NCBI GenBank assembly: GCA_029258885.1
Contig: JAPDJW010000003.1
Coordinates: 64,001-128,000, forward strand
Reading direction: 5' to 3'
Length of the DNA: 64,000 nucleotides
Source of the DNA: Thermoproteota archaeon
Lineage (GTDB): Archaea > Thermoproteota > Thermoprotei > Thermofilales > B9-G17
Shown here: piece after piece, positions 49,517 through 58,646 of the stretch
Layout of the letters: every line of letters begins with the position of its first letter
Position numbering within the stretch: position 1 is the first letter of the stretch
Position numbers and translations under genes: made by a program
Notes under the pieces: generated by a model
Told to the model about the DNA's origin: nothing
The model's input: only the letters and a program-made list of their open reading frames with translations
Database searches by the model: none

Positions 49517-50779
49517 ATGCATAGAACTGTTTTAATAACTCTAGGAATAATAGCTATTATAGCCGGAGGAGTATTAATATACGTATTTTGGACATGGACG
49601 AGAAGCAGTCCCTTATGGCAGATAACCGAGGAACCAAACACCTATATTATTAAGATACCCTCGATAAGCGATTTTGTGCCTATAGGTGTAACGTATGAGC
49701 TTCACGACGATGGTCTATTAACATATACTGATGATCCATGCTGGAAGCAAAGTTGTTTCATATTAGTTGCCATTGGGTGGACGGAAGATGGAAAGCACAC
49801 ATTAATGTATCAGGGCAGGCTCCCCTTCACGAGCGAAGGATCATTCAGACCCAGAATATGCATCGATGGAAAATACTTAACAAATGTCCCCGTTTTCGGC
49901 GGAGGAATGTACTACAGCCCAAACGGCATACTTGGATGCCCGTATCCTACGGTATACGTTAGGGGATCAGGAGGTTACATTGAAACATTATCCTATGACG
50001 TTGAGAACCAGAGGTGGATTCACATTATTAAACATGAGGTAGATGAGAGGAAGCCTAAATTAGAGTTCGTTGGAAAAGCGCTGGGTCTGCCTTTCTGGAT
50101 GGGGCCTATGGAAGGGCCATACATAGTCCACGGAGCATATTCAAAGGTTAAGGATATAGATATATGGGGAGGCTTCTGGGTCTCCGGAACATTTAAAGCC
50201 AATATAACTCTATCCGGAGGACAGCGGCTGTCATTTCAGGGATTCTTTCTGTTCGATAGGGCTATCCATAGGATATACTATGGTGCCTCTGCATCTGAGG
50301 CGGGAACTATACGGGGTCCTACGGGTGGGGTGTTAGCTTTCTCATGCATGGTAATATTCCATAATGACTTCATCATTATGATATCACATAGTGATAATCC
50401 CACACCAGCCGACTTTCCGAAGTTTCAACATCAAGGCAGGATAAACTTCATATCAGTAGGTGAGTCATACATTTTCAACAATTTCACGCTAATAGATCTA
50501 GGACCTAACCCGCTACAGCCATCAGGCTTCCACCTGCAAGGGACGTTTGAAGGAGGATACGTTGACTTAATGGGTAAGGTATATGCATACTGGCCTCCGA
50601 AGGGGTGGGGCGTGATTAAGGGTACATGGTGGGATTTAGAGGGAAGACACTGCTGGGGCAGAGCATTTGTCAAGTGGAATGGCACTATAAAGCTAGGAGA
50701 TAAGGTAATTAACGTTACTAATGCCGTAGGGATTGGAGAGTTTACAAGATATACATCAGGTTCCTCTCAGCAGGGATAA
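49517..50779 (+). CDS. membrane-anchored all-beta extracellular protein (possibly AttH/lipocalin-like)
   Basis: N-terminal TM; Trp/Gly-rich beta strands; FDRAIH, GIGEF. Confidence 0.6.
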   Translation: MHRTVLITLGIIAIIAGGVLIYVFWTWTRSSPLWQITEEPNTYIIKIPSISDFVPIGVTYELHDDGLLTYTDDPCWKQSCFILVAIGWTEDGKHTLMYQGRLPFTSEGSFRPRICIDGKYLTNVPVFGGGMYYSPNGILGCPYPTVYVRGSGGYIETLSYDVENQRWIHIIKHEVDERKPKLEFVGKALGLPFWMGPMEGPYIVHGAYSKVKDIDIWGGFWVSGTFKANITLSGGQRLSFQGFFLFDRAIHRIYYGASASEAGTIRGPTGGVLAFSCMVIFHNDFIIMISHSDNPTPADFPKFQHQGRINFISVGESYIFNNFTLIDLGPNPLQPSGFHLQGTFEGGYVDLMGKVYAYWPPKGWGVIKGTWWDLEGRHCWGRAFVKWNGTIKLGDKVINVTNAVGIGEFTRYTSGSSQQG

Positions 50780-50877
50780 TCTTCAACAGAATTTAATTTG
50801 TTATTATTTTTTTAAATTTTTATATTGTAATAGTTAGCTTTATATATTGCTAGCTCCTTATACCCTTTGCGATCCGT

Positions 50878-51066
50878 ATGAGGAAGGGAAAGTTTGAGGT
50901 ATATAAGGATAAGAGCGGGCAGTTCCGCTTTAGACTTGTTGCACCTAATGGAGAAATAATAGCTGTAAGCGAGGCATACACGACTAAACAAAAGTGTCTA
51001 CAGGGAATAGAGGCAGTTAAAAAGTACGCGCCTGAAGCAGAGATAGTAGAGCTTTTCGAGGAGTAA
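50878..51066 (+). CDS. YegP / DUF1508 family protein
   Basis: KFEVYKDKSGQFRFRLVAPNGEIIAVSEAY. Confidence 0.92.
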   Translation: MRKGKFEVYKDKSGQFRFRLVAPNGEIIAVSEAYTTKQKCLQGIEAVKKYAPEAEIVELFEE

Positions 51067-51353
51067 ATGTATTCCTTTCTATATTTTTATGCTCTTGTTT
51101 TTCAGGTTAAGTGGTTCATTGCGTATTGATGTAGGACGTGATTGATTTAGAACTTGCATATTGGATTGTTTATATATTTACCTGGTGGTTGCCCCCTCCT
51201 AAATCATGCAAAAGGTTCAAGAGCGTTTTAAATAATTTCATTAGGCTGAACCATACTATTCGTCAAGATTTCCGTCGATGCTATTAAAACTTCCAGTATC
51301 TTCTGTGGTCCATTTAAAGTAATTTAAGCTTATTAAGTAATTCACGTCTTAAG

Positions 51354-51461
51354 TTAGGGTGAGGAGTATGCATAAACAAAGAATGTGGTTTTCCAAGCCC
51401 TACCCCTACATATGCTCTGTTCTTCATCGACGTTCTTAATAGCAACGTTTTTCTTACTCAT
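51354..51461 (-). pseudogene. possible relic of a ribbon-helix-helix antitoxin
   Basis: MSKKNVAIKNVDEE resembles an RHH beta-strand/helix start, then the sequence degenerates. Confidence 0.3.
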
Positions 51462-51565
51462 GGTAAATAAATTTAGCTTAAGGTAATAAGTTTACTGAAG
51501 TATAGTTATTGAAAATAAAGCATCAAGTTTCTCGACCTTTAATTTTATAATAGTAATTTTACATA

Positions 51566-52543
51566 TTGTTATTGATGGAAATTGACATATCGTTATATCC
51601 AGATAAAGACGTATACTATCCTGGAGAAGATATAGAAGCAGTTTTCAGCGTTCGAGGATTATCTGGGGAAAATGTGGAGGCTATTGAAGTGGGTTTTATT
51701 GGAAGGGAGATTATAAAGATCGGTGAAACTATTGGAAGAAGTAGACTAACCGACGAGAGGAGGAATACCATAGCAAACTATAGATACGCTCACAGACCAC
51801 AGCACATCGATGAGCTGGAGCGTAGATACAGGTTTACGATACCTGAGAACTCCCCGCCATCAATCCACCTAGCCAGCTCCGCCTTTCTAAGCTCCAGCTC
51901 CATTAAGGTAGATTATGAGCTCTACGTGGATATTAGGAGGCGTCTAAGGCCAGATTACCGTAAATCTAAGAATATAATAGTCGGTCTTAAGCCTCAATTT
52001 AAGGATTATGGAGGCCAGCCGCCATCTTTAAAGTTTAATGGCGAGAACATAGACTTCTATATGGAGCTTAGCAGAGAAACCGTATATCCGGGGGATAACG
52101 TAAGGCTATTTCTGAAATCCAGAAGACTCCTTAAAGTTAGGAAGATTAGGGTTGGAATAAGGAGCTATGCATGGGGGCTATGCGAGAAATACGGGGTAAA
52201 AATGCCGGTTTTCTCCTATCCCCTCCTGGAGTTGAGGCCAAGCGATATACCTCAATATGGAAGAGATCTCGATATAACGATACCCGATGGGGTCCCGCCC
52301 ACCTATAAAAGTAGATACTGGTGGACTTGGACGGAAATAGTCTTTGAGTTCCGAGGCATCGTAAGGGAAATTCTGAAGTTGAGTAGGGAGATTCCGGTGA
52401 ACTATAAGTATTTGAGGCCTAGGAAAATAATGCGCTATATCACGTGCCCATGGTGTAGTAGAAGTGTTCCTGAAGATAGCCTAAGGTGTCCATTCTGTAA
52501 CTATAATTTAGCGGGAATCCGTAGGCGTAAGGTCCAGAGCTAG
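51566..52543 (+). CDS. tandem arrestin-fold (SpoOM/Vps26/alpha-arrestin-like) protein with C-terminal zinc ribbon
   Basis: Two repeats YYPGE...RYRFTIP..SPPS...YELYV and VYPGD...LDITIP..VPPT; CPWC...CPFC. Confidence 0.7.
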   Translation: MLLMEIDISLYPDKDVYYPGEDIEAVFSVRGLSGENVEAIEVGFIGREIIKIGETIGRSRLTDERRNTIANYRYAHRPQHIDELERRYRFTIPENSPPSIHLASSAFLSSSSIKVDYELYVDIRRRLRPDYRKSKNIIVGLKPQFKDYGGQPPSLKFNGENIDFYMELSRETVYPGDNVRLFLKSRRLLKVRKIRVGIRSYAWGLCEKYGVKMPVFSYPLLELRPSDIPQYGRDLDITIPDGVPPTYKSRYWWTWTEIVFEFRGIVREILKLSREIPVNYKYLRPRKIMRYITCPWCSRSVPEDSLRCPFCNYNLAGIRRRKVQS

Positions 52544-52609
52544 TTGCTTGATAGGAGGTTGTTATGGAAACCTATATTTATTGTAGCGGCGAATGTAACT
52601 TGAGGTGGA

Positions 52610-53376
52610 ATGAGTAGGGTTAAAAAAATAGATTGATACTGCAGCTAAAACTGATTTCAGGTTATATGAGTGAACTAGAGCGTAAGGAAAGCTATAGGGG
52701 AATTGAGAGGCTTGTACAGCTTATAATACAATCTATACTTGACTTAGGTCTAATGATTCTTTCCATAGTTGGATGTGAAACGGATATAGTCTATAAGGAT
52801 ATAGGGAGGAAGCTTAGGGAGAGAGGTTTTATTGACAAGGAGGATGAATCCTTTCTCATCGATGCGGCCGGGATGAGAAATGTACTGGTTCATGGATACT
52901 TTAGGATAGATAGGGACATTATTTTAAATACCGCCAGAAGGGAGCTTCCAAAGTTCGTTCCTAGGTTCATAGAGAAGATTAAGCCTAAAATAGATAGCTT
53001 AAGTGTAGAATCTAGGGAATATGCCGTCCTCGGGAGTATCTTTAGAAGGAATGGGGTTAAGCTAGCATTCCTATTCGGCGGGAGAGCATTGGGATATAAA
53101 ATTAGGGGAGGTTATGATTTCGCAATATACTATGAAAGGAAATATAGCTTTAGGGATGTAGGTAGAATAGCCGTAGAAATATCCGATAAAATGAATGTTC
53201 CACTTGAGAAAATCGATATACTTGTCCTTGATAACGCGGATCCCGAGACGGCATTAAAGGCAGCCATGGGTATTCCAATATATTGGGATGACGAATACGA
53301 GCTATTCGAATACAGGTATAGATGCCTGAGAGAGGCGCTGGATCTAAGAGTAAGCAGGAGCTTAATTAACACCTAG
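52610..53376 (+). pseudogene. HepT (DUF86) ribonuclease - MNT nucleotidyltransferase fusion, frameshifted near the 5' end
   Basis: GAGGTGG, then ATG 52610 out of frame by one base at A7 (52622-52628); RNVLVHGY HEPN motif; degenerate FGGRALG...GGYD. Confidence 0.8.
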
Positions 53377-53412
53377 TTTCCTTCTATACTTACTTCAACG
53401 GTTTTCGCTAAC

Positions 53413-53883
53413 CTACCGTATCGTTGACGATACTATTTCCATAACGAATTTCCTAGCTTTCTCCAAGTCTTCCTCGCTAGGTCTACCCTTACATATTCCA
53501 CCCACTAGCTTGAGAGGCCCAGGATTCGAGAAGCCTCTACACCCGAACACTCCAACTATTTTAGCATTCTTTTTCCTAAGCTTTCTCTTAAGAGCTTCAT
53601 CACACCCGTTTAGAATGGGGATTTTTGGTGCTCCACTGGTATAGAATATGAAGACGGGCTTACCCTTCAGCTCAATTTTATCTAGGAGACTGAATATGGA
53701 CCTATGGTGTCTCCCATAGTAGATTCCGGAGCCAAAGCCGATTATATCGTATCTTCTAATCAGATCCTGATCGACGTCAAACGGTTTAAGTATCTCTGCG
53801 TCAACAGCCTCGGTCGTGCCTTCGGCAACTTTAAGGGTATTACCGTGGTGAATGGATATACAGACTAGAAGCACCTTAGCCAT
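53413..53883 (-). CDS. flavodoxin family protein
   Basis: SIHHGNTLKVA, GFGSGIY, FYTSG, FGCRG, GRP; ATG 53883 preferred. Confidence 0.92.
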   Translation of the reverse strand: MAKVLLVCISIHHGNTLKVAEGTTEAVDAEILKPFDVDQDLIRRYDIIGFGSGIYYGRHHRSIFSLLDKIELKGKPVFIFYTSGAPKIPILNGCDEALKRKLRKKNAKIVGVFGCRGFSNPGPLKLVGGICKGRPSEEDLEKARKFVMEIVSSTIR

Positions 53884-53918
53884 GATTAAGAGTTCACATA
53901 CTACGGATAAAAGCATTG

Positions 53919-54146
53919 CTACTTTTCAACTACAATAGACCTCTGCTTTATGTTTATAAATGCCCCCTTCTCGAGGCCGACAATAGCACCACACTTAGGA
54001 CACTTAACGTCATCGCCCGTCCTCACGGTGTAATCCTCTATTATCCTCTTCCTCCAGCAGTGCCACAGCCTCCCTTCCCCGACCTTAAGATAAACGAAAA
54101 GAAGTGTTCCACACCTAGCACACCTAATCTTCAATATTTTCGGCAT
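53919..54146 (-). CDS. small zinc-finger protein
   Basis: CARC...HC...CPKC. Confidence 0.75.
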   Translation of the reverse strand: MPKILKIRCARCGTLLFVYLKVGEGRLWHCWRKRIIEDYTVRTGDDVKCPKCGAIVGLEKGAFINIKQRSIVVEK

Positions 54147-54361
54147 CTCTTATTCTCCCTACTGAATTTTAGATTCATGCTATTTAAACCTAACAGGCAA
54201 TTCGCACCTAACTACTCCATTCGATTTCTCCAAAGGAACATACAATAGAGATTTAAGCTAGTCCTCTGAAGATAAGGAGAGGTTACTAAGCTGAGTGGGT
54301 CAGCCACTTATATTAATGGCTTAATATTAATTATTTCCTAGCGGGGGAGTAGTGGGAAAAT

Positions 54362-55195
54362 ATGGAAGAAAAAGTCGCCTACCTTATGAAGGTAAGGAAG
54401 TATTATGCTGAAGAGGGGATGAGGGAGTGGAGACGATTAGTAAAAGATCCCTATCATAGGCTAGAGTACGATACTACAATGCATTTTCTGGAAAGGTATC
54501 TTCCAAGTAAGGGACTTATTCTAGATGCTGGCGGTGGGCCAGGCAGATATACGATAGAACTAGCGAGGAGGGGCTATAGGATAGTGCTTCTTGACTTAAC
54601 TCCTGAGCTACTTAAAATAGCTAAGAGACGTATTAGACGAGCAGGAATACAGGCGATGGTAGAGGGGATAGTAGAGGGCACCATAACCAATCTTTCAATC
54701 TTTAATGATGAATGTTTTGATGCCGTATTATGTCTTGGCGGAGTGCTATCTCACCTAGTGAGAAAGAGTGATAGGGTGAAGGCTATAGCTGAGCTATCCA
54801 GGGTCGTAAAGAGAGGCGCTCCCCTATTTATATCGGTAATAGGCAGGCTAGCGGTCCTGATGCGCGGACTAGCAGATTTCCCCGACTTAATATGTGAGGA
54901 TGTGTTTATCAAAATAAGGGACAGCGGCGACTACTACGGAAAGAGAGGTTTTGCTCCCTGCCACTTCTATCTGCCGGAGGAACTCATAAAGGAGCTTAAG
55001 GATCAAGGGTTAGAATTACTTAAAATAGTTGGTCTCGAAGGCATAGCCTCTACGCGTCGAAGGGAGATAAACAGGCTTTATAGAAAAATACCTAAAGCCT
55101 ATAAAATCTGGTGGAAAACCCACCTTAAAACATGTACTCATCCAGGGGCTATTGCAATAAGCGAACATATACTCGCTGTTTGTACTAAACCCTAA
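54362..55195 (+). CDS. class I SAM-dependent methyltransferase
   Basis: LDAGGGPGRY, LLDL, FDAVLCLGG. Confidence 0.92.
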   Translation: MEEKVAYLMKVRKYYAEEGMREWRRLVKDPYHRLEYDTTMHFLERYLPSKGLILDAGGGPGRYTIELARRGYRIVLLDLTPELLKIAKRRIRRAGIQAMVEGIVEGTITNLSIFNDECFDAVLCLGGVLSHLVRKSDRVKAIAELSRVVKRGAPLFISVIGRLAVLMRGLADFPDLICEDVFIKIRDSGDYYGKRGFAPCHFYLPEELIKELKDQGLELLKIVGLEGIASTRRREINRLYRKIPKAYKIWWKTHLKTCTHPGAIAISEHILAVCTKP

Positions 55196-55372
55196 AGATA
55201 TGTTAAATCCTAAAGCTATAGCTGATTCTATTCGATAAAGTGAAGATATTAAGGATACATCTGTCCTAGCATTAGAATAAGTGCATGAACTTGTAGGGAG
55301 TCTATATTAAAGCTACACATAAGTAATGTCTAGATATACAGAGGAAAATCAATGATGTGAATAATTCCAATG

Positions 55373-55416
55373 TCTAACAAAAATGTTAGATTATGGAAAC
55401 ATTTTTTAGTTCCATA
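55373..55416. promoter_or_regulatory. two adjacent inverted repeats upstream of the AbiE-type operon
   Basis: TCTAACA-AAAA-TGTTAGA (55373-55390) and TATGGAA-N11-TTCCATA (55392-55416). Confidence 0.5.
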
Positions 55417-55431
55417 GAAGATTAATTCTCT

Positions 55432-56259
55432 ATGGAGAGGCTTATTAAGGAGGCATTAAGCTTAGGCATTGATCCTGAAACTTACCTCAGGGAGGTAATT
55501 CAAAAGCTAATCCTGTACAGTTACGTAATTAATAATTTAGGTAGCTACTACGTCTTCCAGGGAGGAACAGCCTTAAGGCTATTCTACAATTCTCCTCGAT
55601 TCTCATTAGATATGGATTTTAGCCTCATTAATCGTAGCCTAACAAAAGCCATGGAGGATTCTACGAAAGTTCTAAATACTCTCTCCCACATCCTCGCCCC
55701 ATACAAGGTAGAAGTTTCTAAATCTAGGGAAAAAGCCTTATTCGAGGAAAATTTCTATAGATTTTTCTACACGTTTAACACGCTTGGAATTATTAGGAGA
55801 AAAATAAGAATTAAGCTCGAAATCGCTGAAAGGAACTACATGAACGTTTCATTTAGTAGAAAAATTCTAACATTAGAGTTCCCTATTCATACCTCCATAG
55901 GATTAATTGTTAAAAGTCCAGCACAGCTCTTATGCGATAAAGTTACTTCCCTCGCTGGCGGCTTCCATAGGGGATACATTAGATGGAGGGATATCTTCGA
56001 CATATATTGGCTTAAAACCAAGATCAATGCTAGGATAGATTCCAACTATTTAAAGCAGGAATTCGGATCATATATTGAAACGAAGGAAGACTTAGAAAAA
56101 CTAGTATCTAAGCTTAAGGCTCTTTCCGGCAAGGAATTAGGCGAGGCAAGTAGAGATCTAGGTAGAGTACTGCCCTCTTCTCTTCTCGACGAAAAACTAC
56201 TAGCGGAGTATATAGGCGATGCCATTAAAGTTCTAGAGGAGGCGATTAGGGAGCTATGA
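55432..56259 (+). CDS. abiEii: AbiEii family nucleotidyltransferase (type IV TA toxin)
   Basis: FQGGTALRLFY..PRFSLDMDF, IKLEI, DK, RDIFD. Confidence 0.92.
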   Translation: MERLIKEALSLGIDPETYLREVIQKLILYSYVINNLGSYYVFQGGTALRLFYNSPRFSLDMDFSLINRSLTKAMEDSTKVLNTLSHILAPYKVEVSKSREKALFEENFYRFFYTFNTLGIIRRKIRIKLEIAERNYMNVSFSRKILTLEFPIHTSIGLIVKSPAQLLCDKVTSLAGGFHRGYIRWRDIFDIYWLKTKINARIDSNYLKQEFGSYIETKEDLEKLVSKLKALSGKELGEASRDLGRVLPSSLLDEKLLAEYIGDAIKVLEEAIREL

Positions 56260-56810
56260 GCATCCTAAGTTGGATAAAAATCTTCAACGATCTAAGAAGG
56301 AAGGGTATAAAAATTGTTCACGTAAGCTTCTTAAAAGCGGTAAGCGGCTTATCACCGAAAAGTCTATCAGTTGCCCTATGGAGGCTAGAGAGGAGGGGGC
56401 TAGTAGAGCGGGTTGGAAGGGGATGGTACTGCATAGATTGCTGTGAAACATGGGAAATAATTAGAGTAGTTTTCCCATCAGCCTACCTTACCCTAGAATG
56501 GGCTCTACACTACCACGATATACTCGACCAGAGAGTTACCATTATAACTCTAGCATGGCTTGGAAAAACTAAAACCGTTAAAGTAGGCGAAAGAACCTAC
56601 GAGCTACATAGGATTAGCAGGAAACTATACTTTGGATTTAACGATAAAATGATAGCAGAACCCGAGAAAGCTTTACTCGACACACTCTACTACAGGGGGA
56701 AACTCCCGCCAGAGCTAAACCTAGATCTACTGGACAAAAATAGGCTAGCCAAATACTCCGAAAAATACCCTCCGAGAGTCAGAAGAAAACTTAAAACCCT
56801 AATACCGTAA
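56256..56810 (+). CDS. abiEi: AbiEi family antitoxin
   Basis: N-terminal wHTH; SAYLTLEWALHYH, YFG, AEPEKALLDTLY. Confidence 0.88.
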   Translation: MSILSWIKIFNDLRRKGIKIVHVSFLKAVSGLSPKSLSVALWRLERRGLVERVGRGWYCIDCCETWEIIRVVFPSAYLTLEWALHYHDILDQRVTIITLAWLGKTKTVKVGERTYELHRISRKLYFGFNDKMIAEPEKALLDTLYYRGKLPPELNLDLLDKNRLAKYSEKYPPRVRRKLKTLIP

Positions 56811-56832
56811 CTCTTCTACTCTCACCGTAAGA

Positions 56833-57150
56833 TTAGCTGCTGCTTTCATCCGATGATGCTCTCAAATCCTCCTCTAACTCCCTATAACCGTACTGAAGCT
56901 CAACCCCTCTCTTCCTCAGCTCTTCAATAATCTCCCAGAGGCTTAAACCCGCTAACTCGGCTGTCTTCCAGAGCGTAGCCCTACCTTCCCTATAGAGCTT
57001 TAATGCCGCTTCAATTCTCATCTCTCTAATCCCCTTAATCAGAATCTCCCTTACAATCTCGGCTTTATTTCTATTCTCAAGCTTAGCCAGTTCCTCAAGC
57101 TCCTTCTTAACCTCCCTTGGAATTCTAACTGAGAGAACCTCCAACCCCAT
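56833..57150 (-). CDS. UPF0175 family antitoxin-like protein with N-terminal RHH
   Basis: SVRIP...LEELAK; ALKLYREGRATLWKTAELAGLS. Confidence 0.88.
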   Translation of the reverse strand: MGLEVLSVRIPREVKKELEELAKLENRNKAEIVREILIKGIREMRIEAALKLYREGRATLWKTAELAGLSLWEIIEELRKRGVELQYGYRELEEDLRASSDESSS

Positions 57151-57510
57151 TCACTTGATATATATCCGTATACAAGGATATAAACCTTTTACATAATCAG
57201 TTATTCTTACATCCAAATCTGCCAGAAAACAAGGGAAAACATAGTTACCATAAATTTATACCTAATTTATTAATAGAGTAAGTATCAGTCTTCGACATAT
57301 TTTGCATCCTTGTAAGGTCATGTTGATTTTGTTTTCTTATATTAAAGCTATCCCTCAATACGCACATATCCTTGCTGAAGGGTAAACGTTTCCCATTATC
57401 CAACAAAATGTTACTATCCTCCATGTGAAATGAAATCAAGAAGGGGATATAGGAACTTTAAATACTTATGTAAGGTGTAGTATTAAAAATTGTAATCCTA
57501 ATTTTAAGAT

Positions 57511-58341
57511 ATGAAGGGGGTAAATATGGATGTAGAGAGTCTCTCACGGGTTATGGATCGCCTCACGAGCAATAGGAGGTTCTACGTACTTCTCTACGTG
57601 CTAGGCTTCCTAATCCTACAGCCCTACGCCTCGAAGGGCTATTCCTGGCAGGAGATGTGGAGCGTAATCAAGGAGGTGGTGGTATACAATGCAATCATAT
57701 ACAGGCTAGTAGACCTAGCTTGGCCCTCCGCCCTACTGCATGTGTTCGCACTAGCCCTAATAACTGCTGTCGTAATCTGGGGGGATAAGGCGGCCAAAAT
57801 CTTCAACATCTACACGTTCGTAGTCTACCTCATGATAGCTGTGGGTCAGGGAGTCGGCATCTCAGAGCGCTACGGCCTAATAATACTCACGGGCAACGTA
57901 ATTCTGACACTTCTAGTCGCCTTCTCATGGGGCTGGGAGTGCCTAGTCGGCAGAAACAAGTTCAGGAGAAAGTTCTTCACCCCTAAGCATCTATGGCTAG
58001 TTCCTCTAGCAGCATGGGCGTATTGGTCGCCGCCGGAACCCTTCAAGCTGGATCCATCATACCTCTTAATTGGATACTTTGGAGTCTCCTACTGCTTCAC
58101 CACACCAGTGATACTGACCCTAATGATCCTCTACTACCCGGACGTGAACAAGCCCGTAATGAGGCTAACAGCTTTCCTAGGCCTAATCTTCAGCCTATAC
58201 AACGTGGTGCCACCACTCATATACCTCGCACTCGGCACATACGTCATGGAAGCCATCTGGAGAGGTACAATCCTCCACCTTCCACTTCTCACCACAAGTG
58301 CCTACGCTCTTGTTATCACAATCAAATCATTTAAGGATTAG
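57511..58341 (+). CDS. multi-pass membrane protein
   Basis: About 8 TM; SYCFTTP; ATG 57526 is an alternative start. Confidence 0.75.
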   Translation: MKGVNMDVESLSRVMDRLTSNRRFYVLLYVLGFLILQPYASKGYSWQEMWSVIKEVVVYNAIIYRLVDLAWPSALLHVFALALITAVVIWGDKAAKIFNIYTFVVYLMIAVGQGVGISERYGLIILTGNVILTLLVAFSWGWECLVGRNKFRRKFFTPKHLWLVPLAAWAYWSPPEPFKLDPSYLLIGYFGVSYCFTTPVILTLMILYYPDVNKPVMRLTAFLGLIFSLYNVVPPLIYLALGTYVMEAIWRGTILHLPLLTTSAYALVITIKSFKD

Positions 58342-58646
58342 AAAACATAATTGGATTTTAAGCTTTAAGTGGAGTTCTCTGCCTAAAATATTCGATTCAG
58401 CCGTATCATCGCTTTGGACCTCAATATTTTTCACTTCATAACCCGAGATGGACGTAAATAAGCCGAACAAATTAGCTAGCATACATGCTTAGTAGGGATA
58501 GTTGCTATAATTTCAATTGTAGCGGCTAGGAGAAGATTAAAAGGATCATATTGCGAATACAAGAAAATTTCGTATAGCTAAAATCTGAAATAGCGTCAAA
58601 ATTTTAAATCCATAAAATGATTAAAAACTAGCTTAAAAGAGGAGAG

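Noticed and set aside
57245-57439. 64-aa minus-strand ORF
   Set aside because: No motif and an AT-rich intergenic context; at most an unassignable remnant
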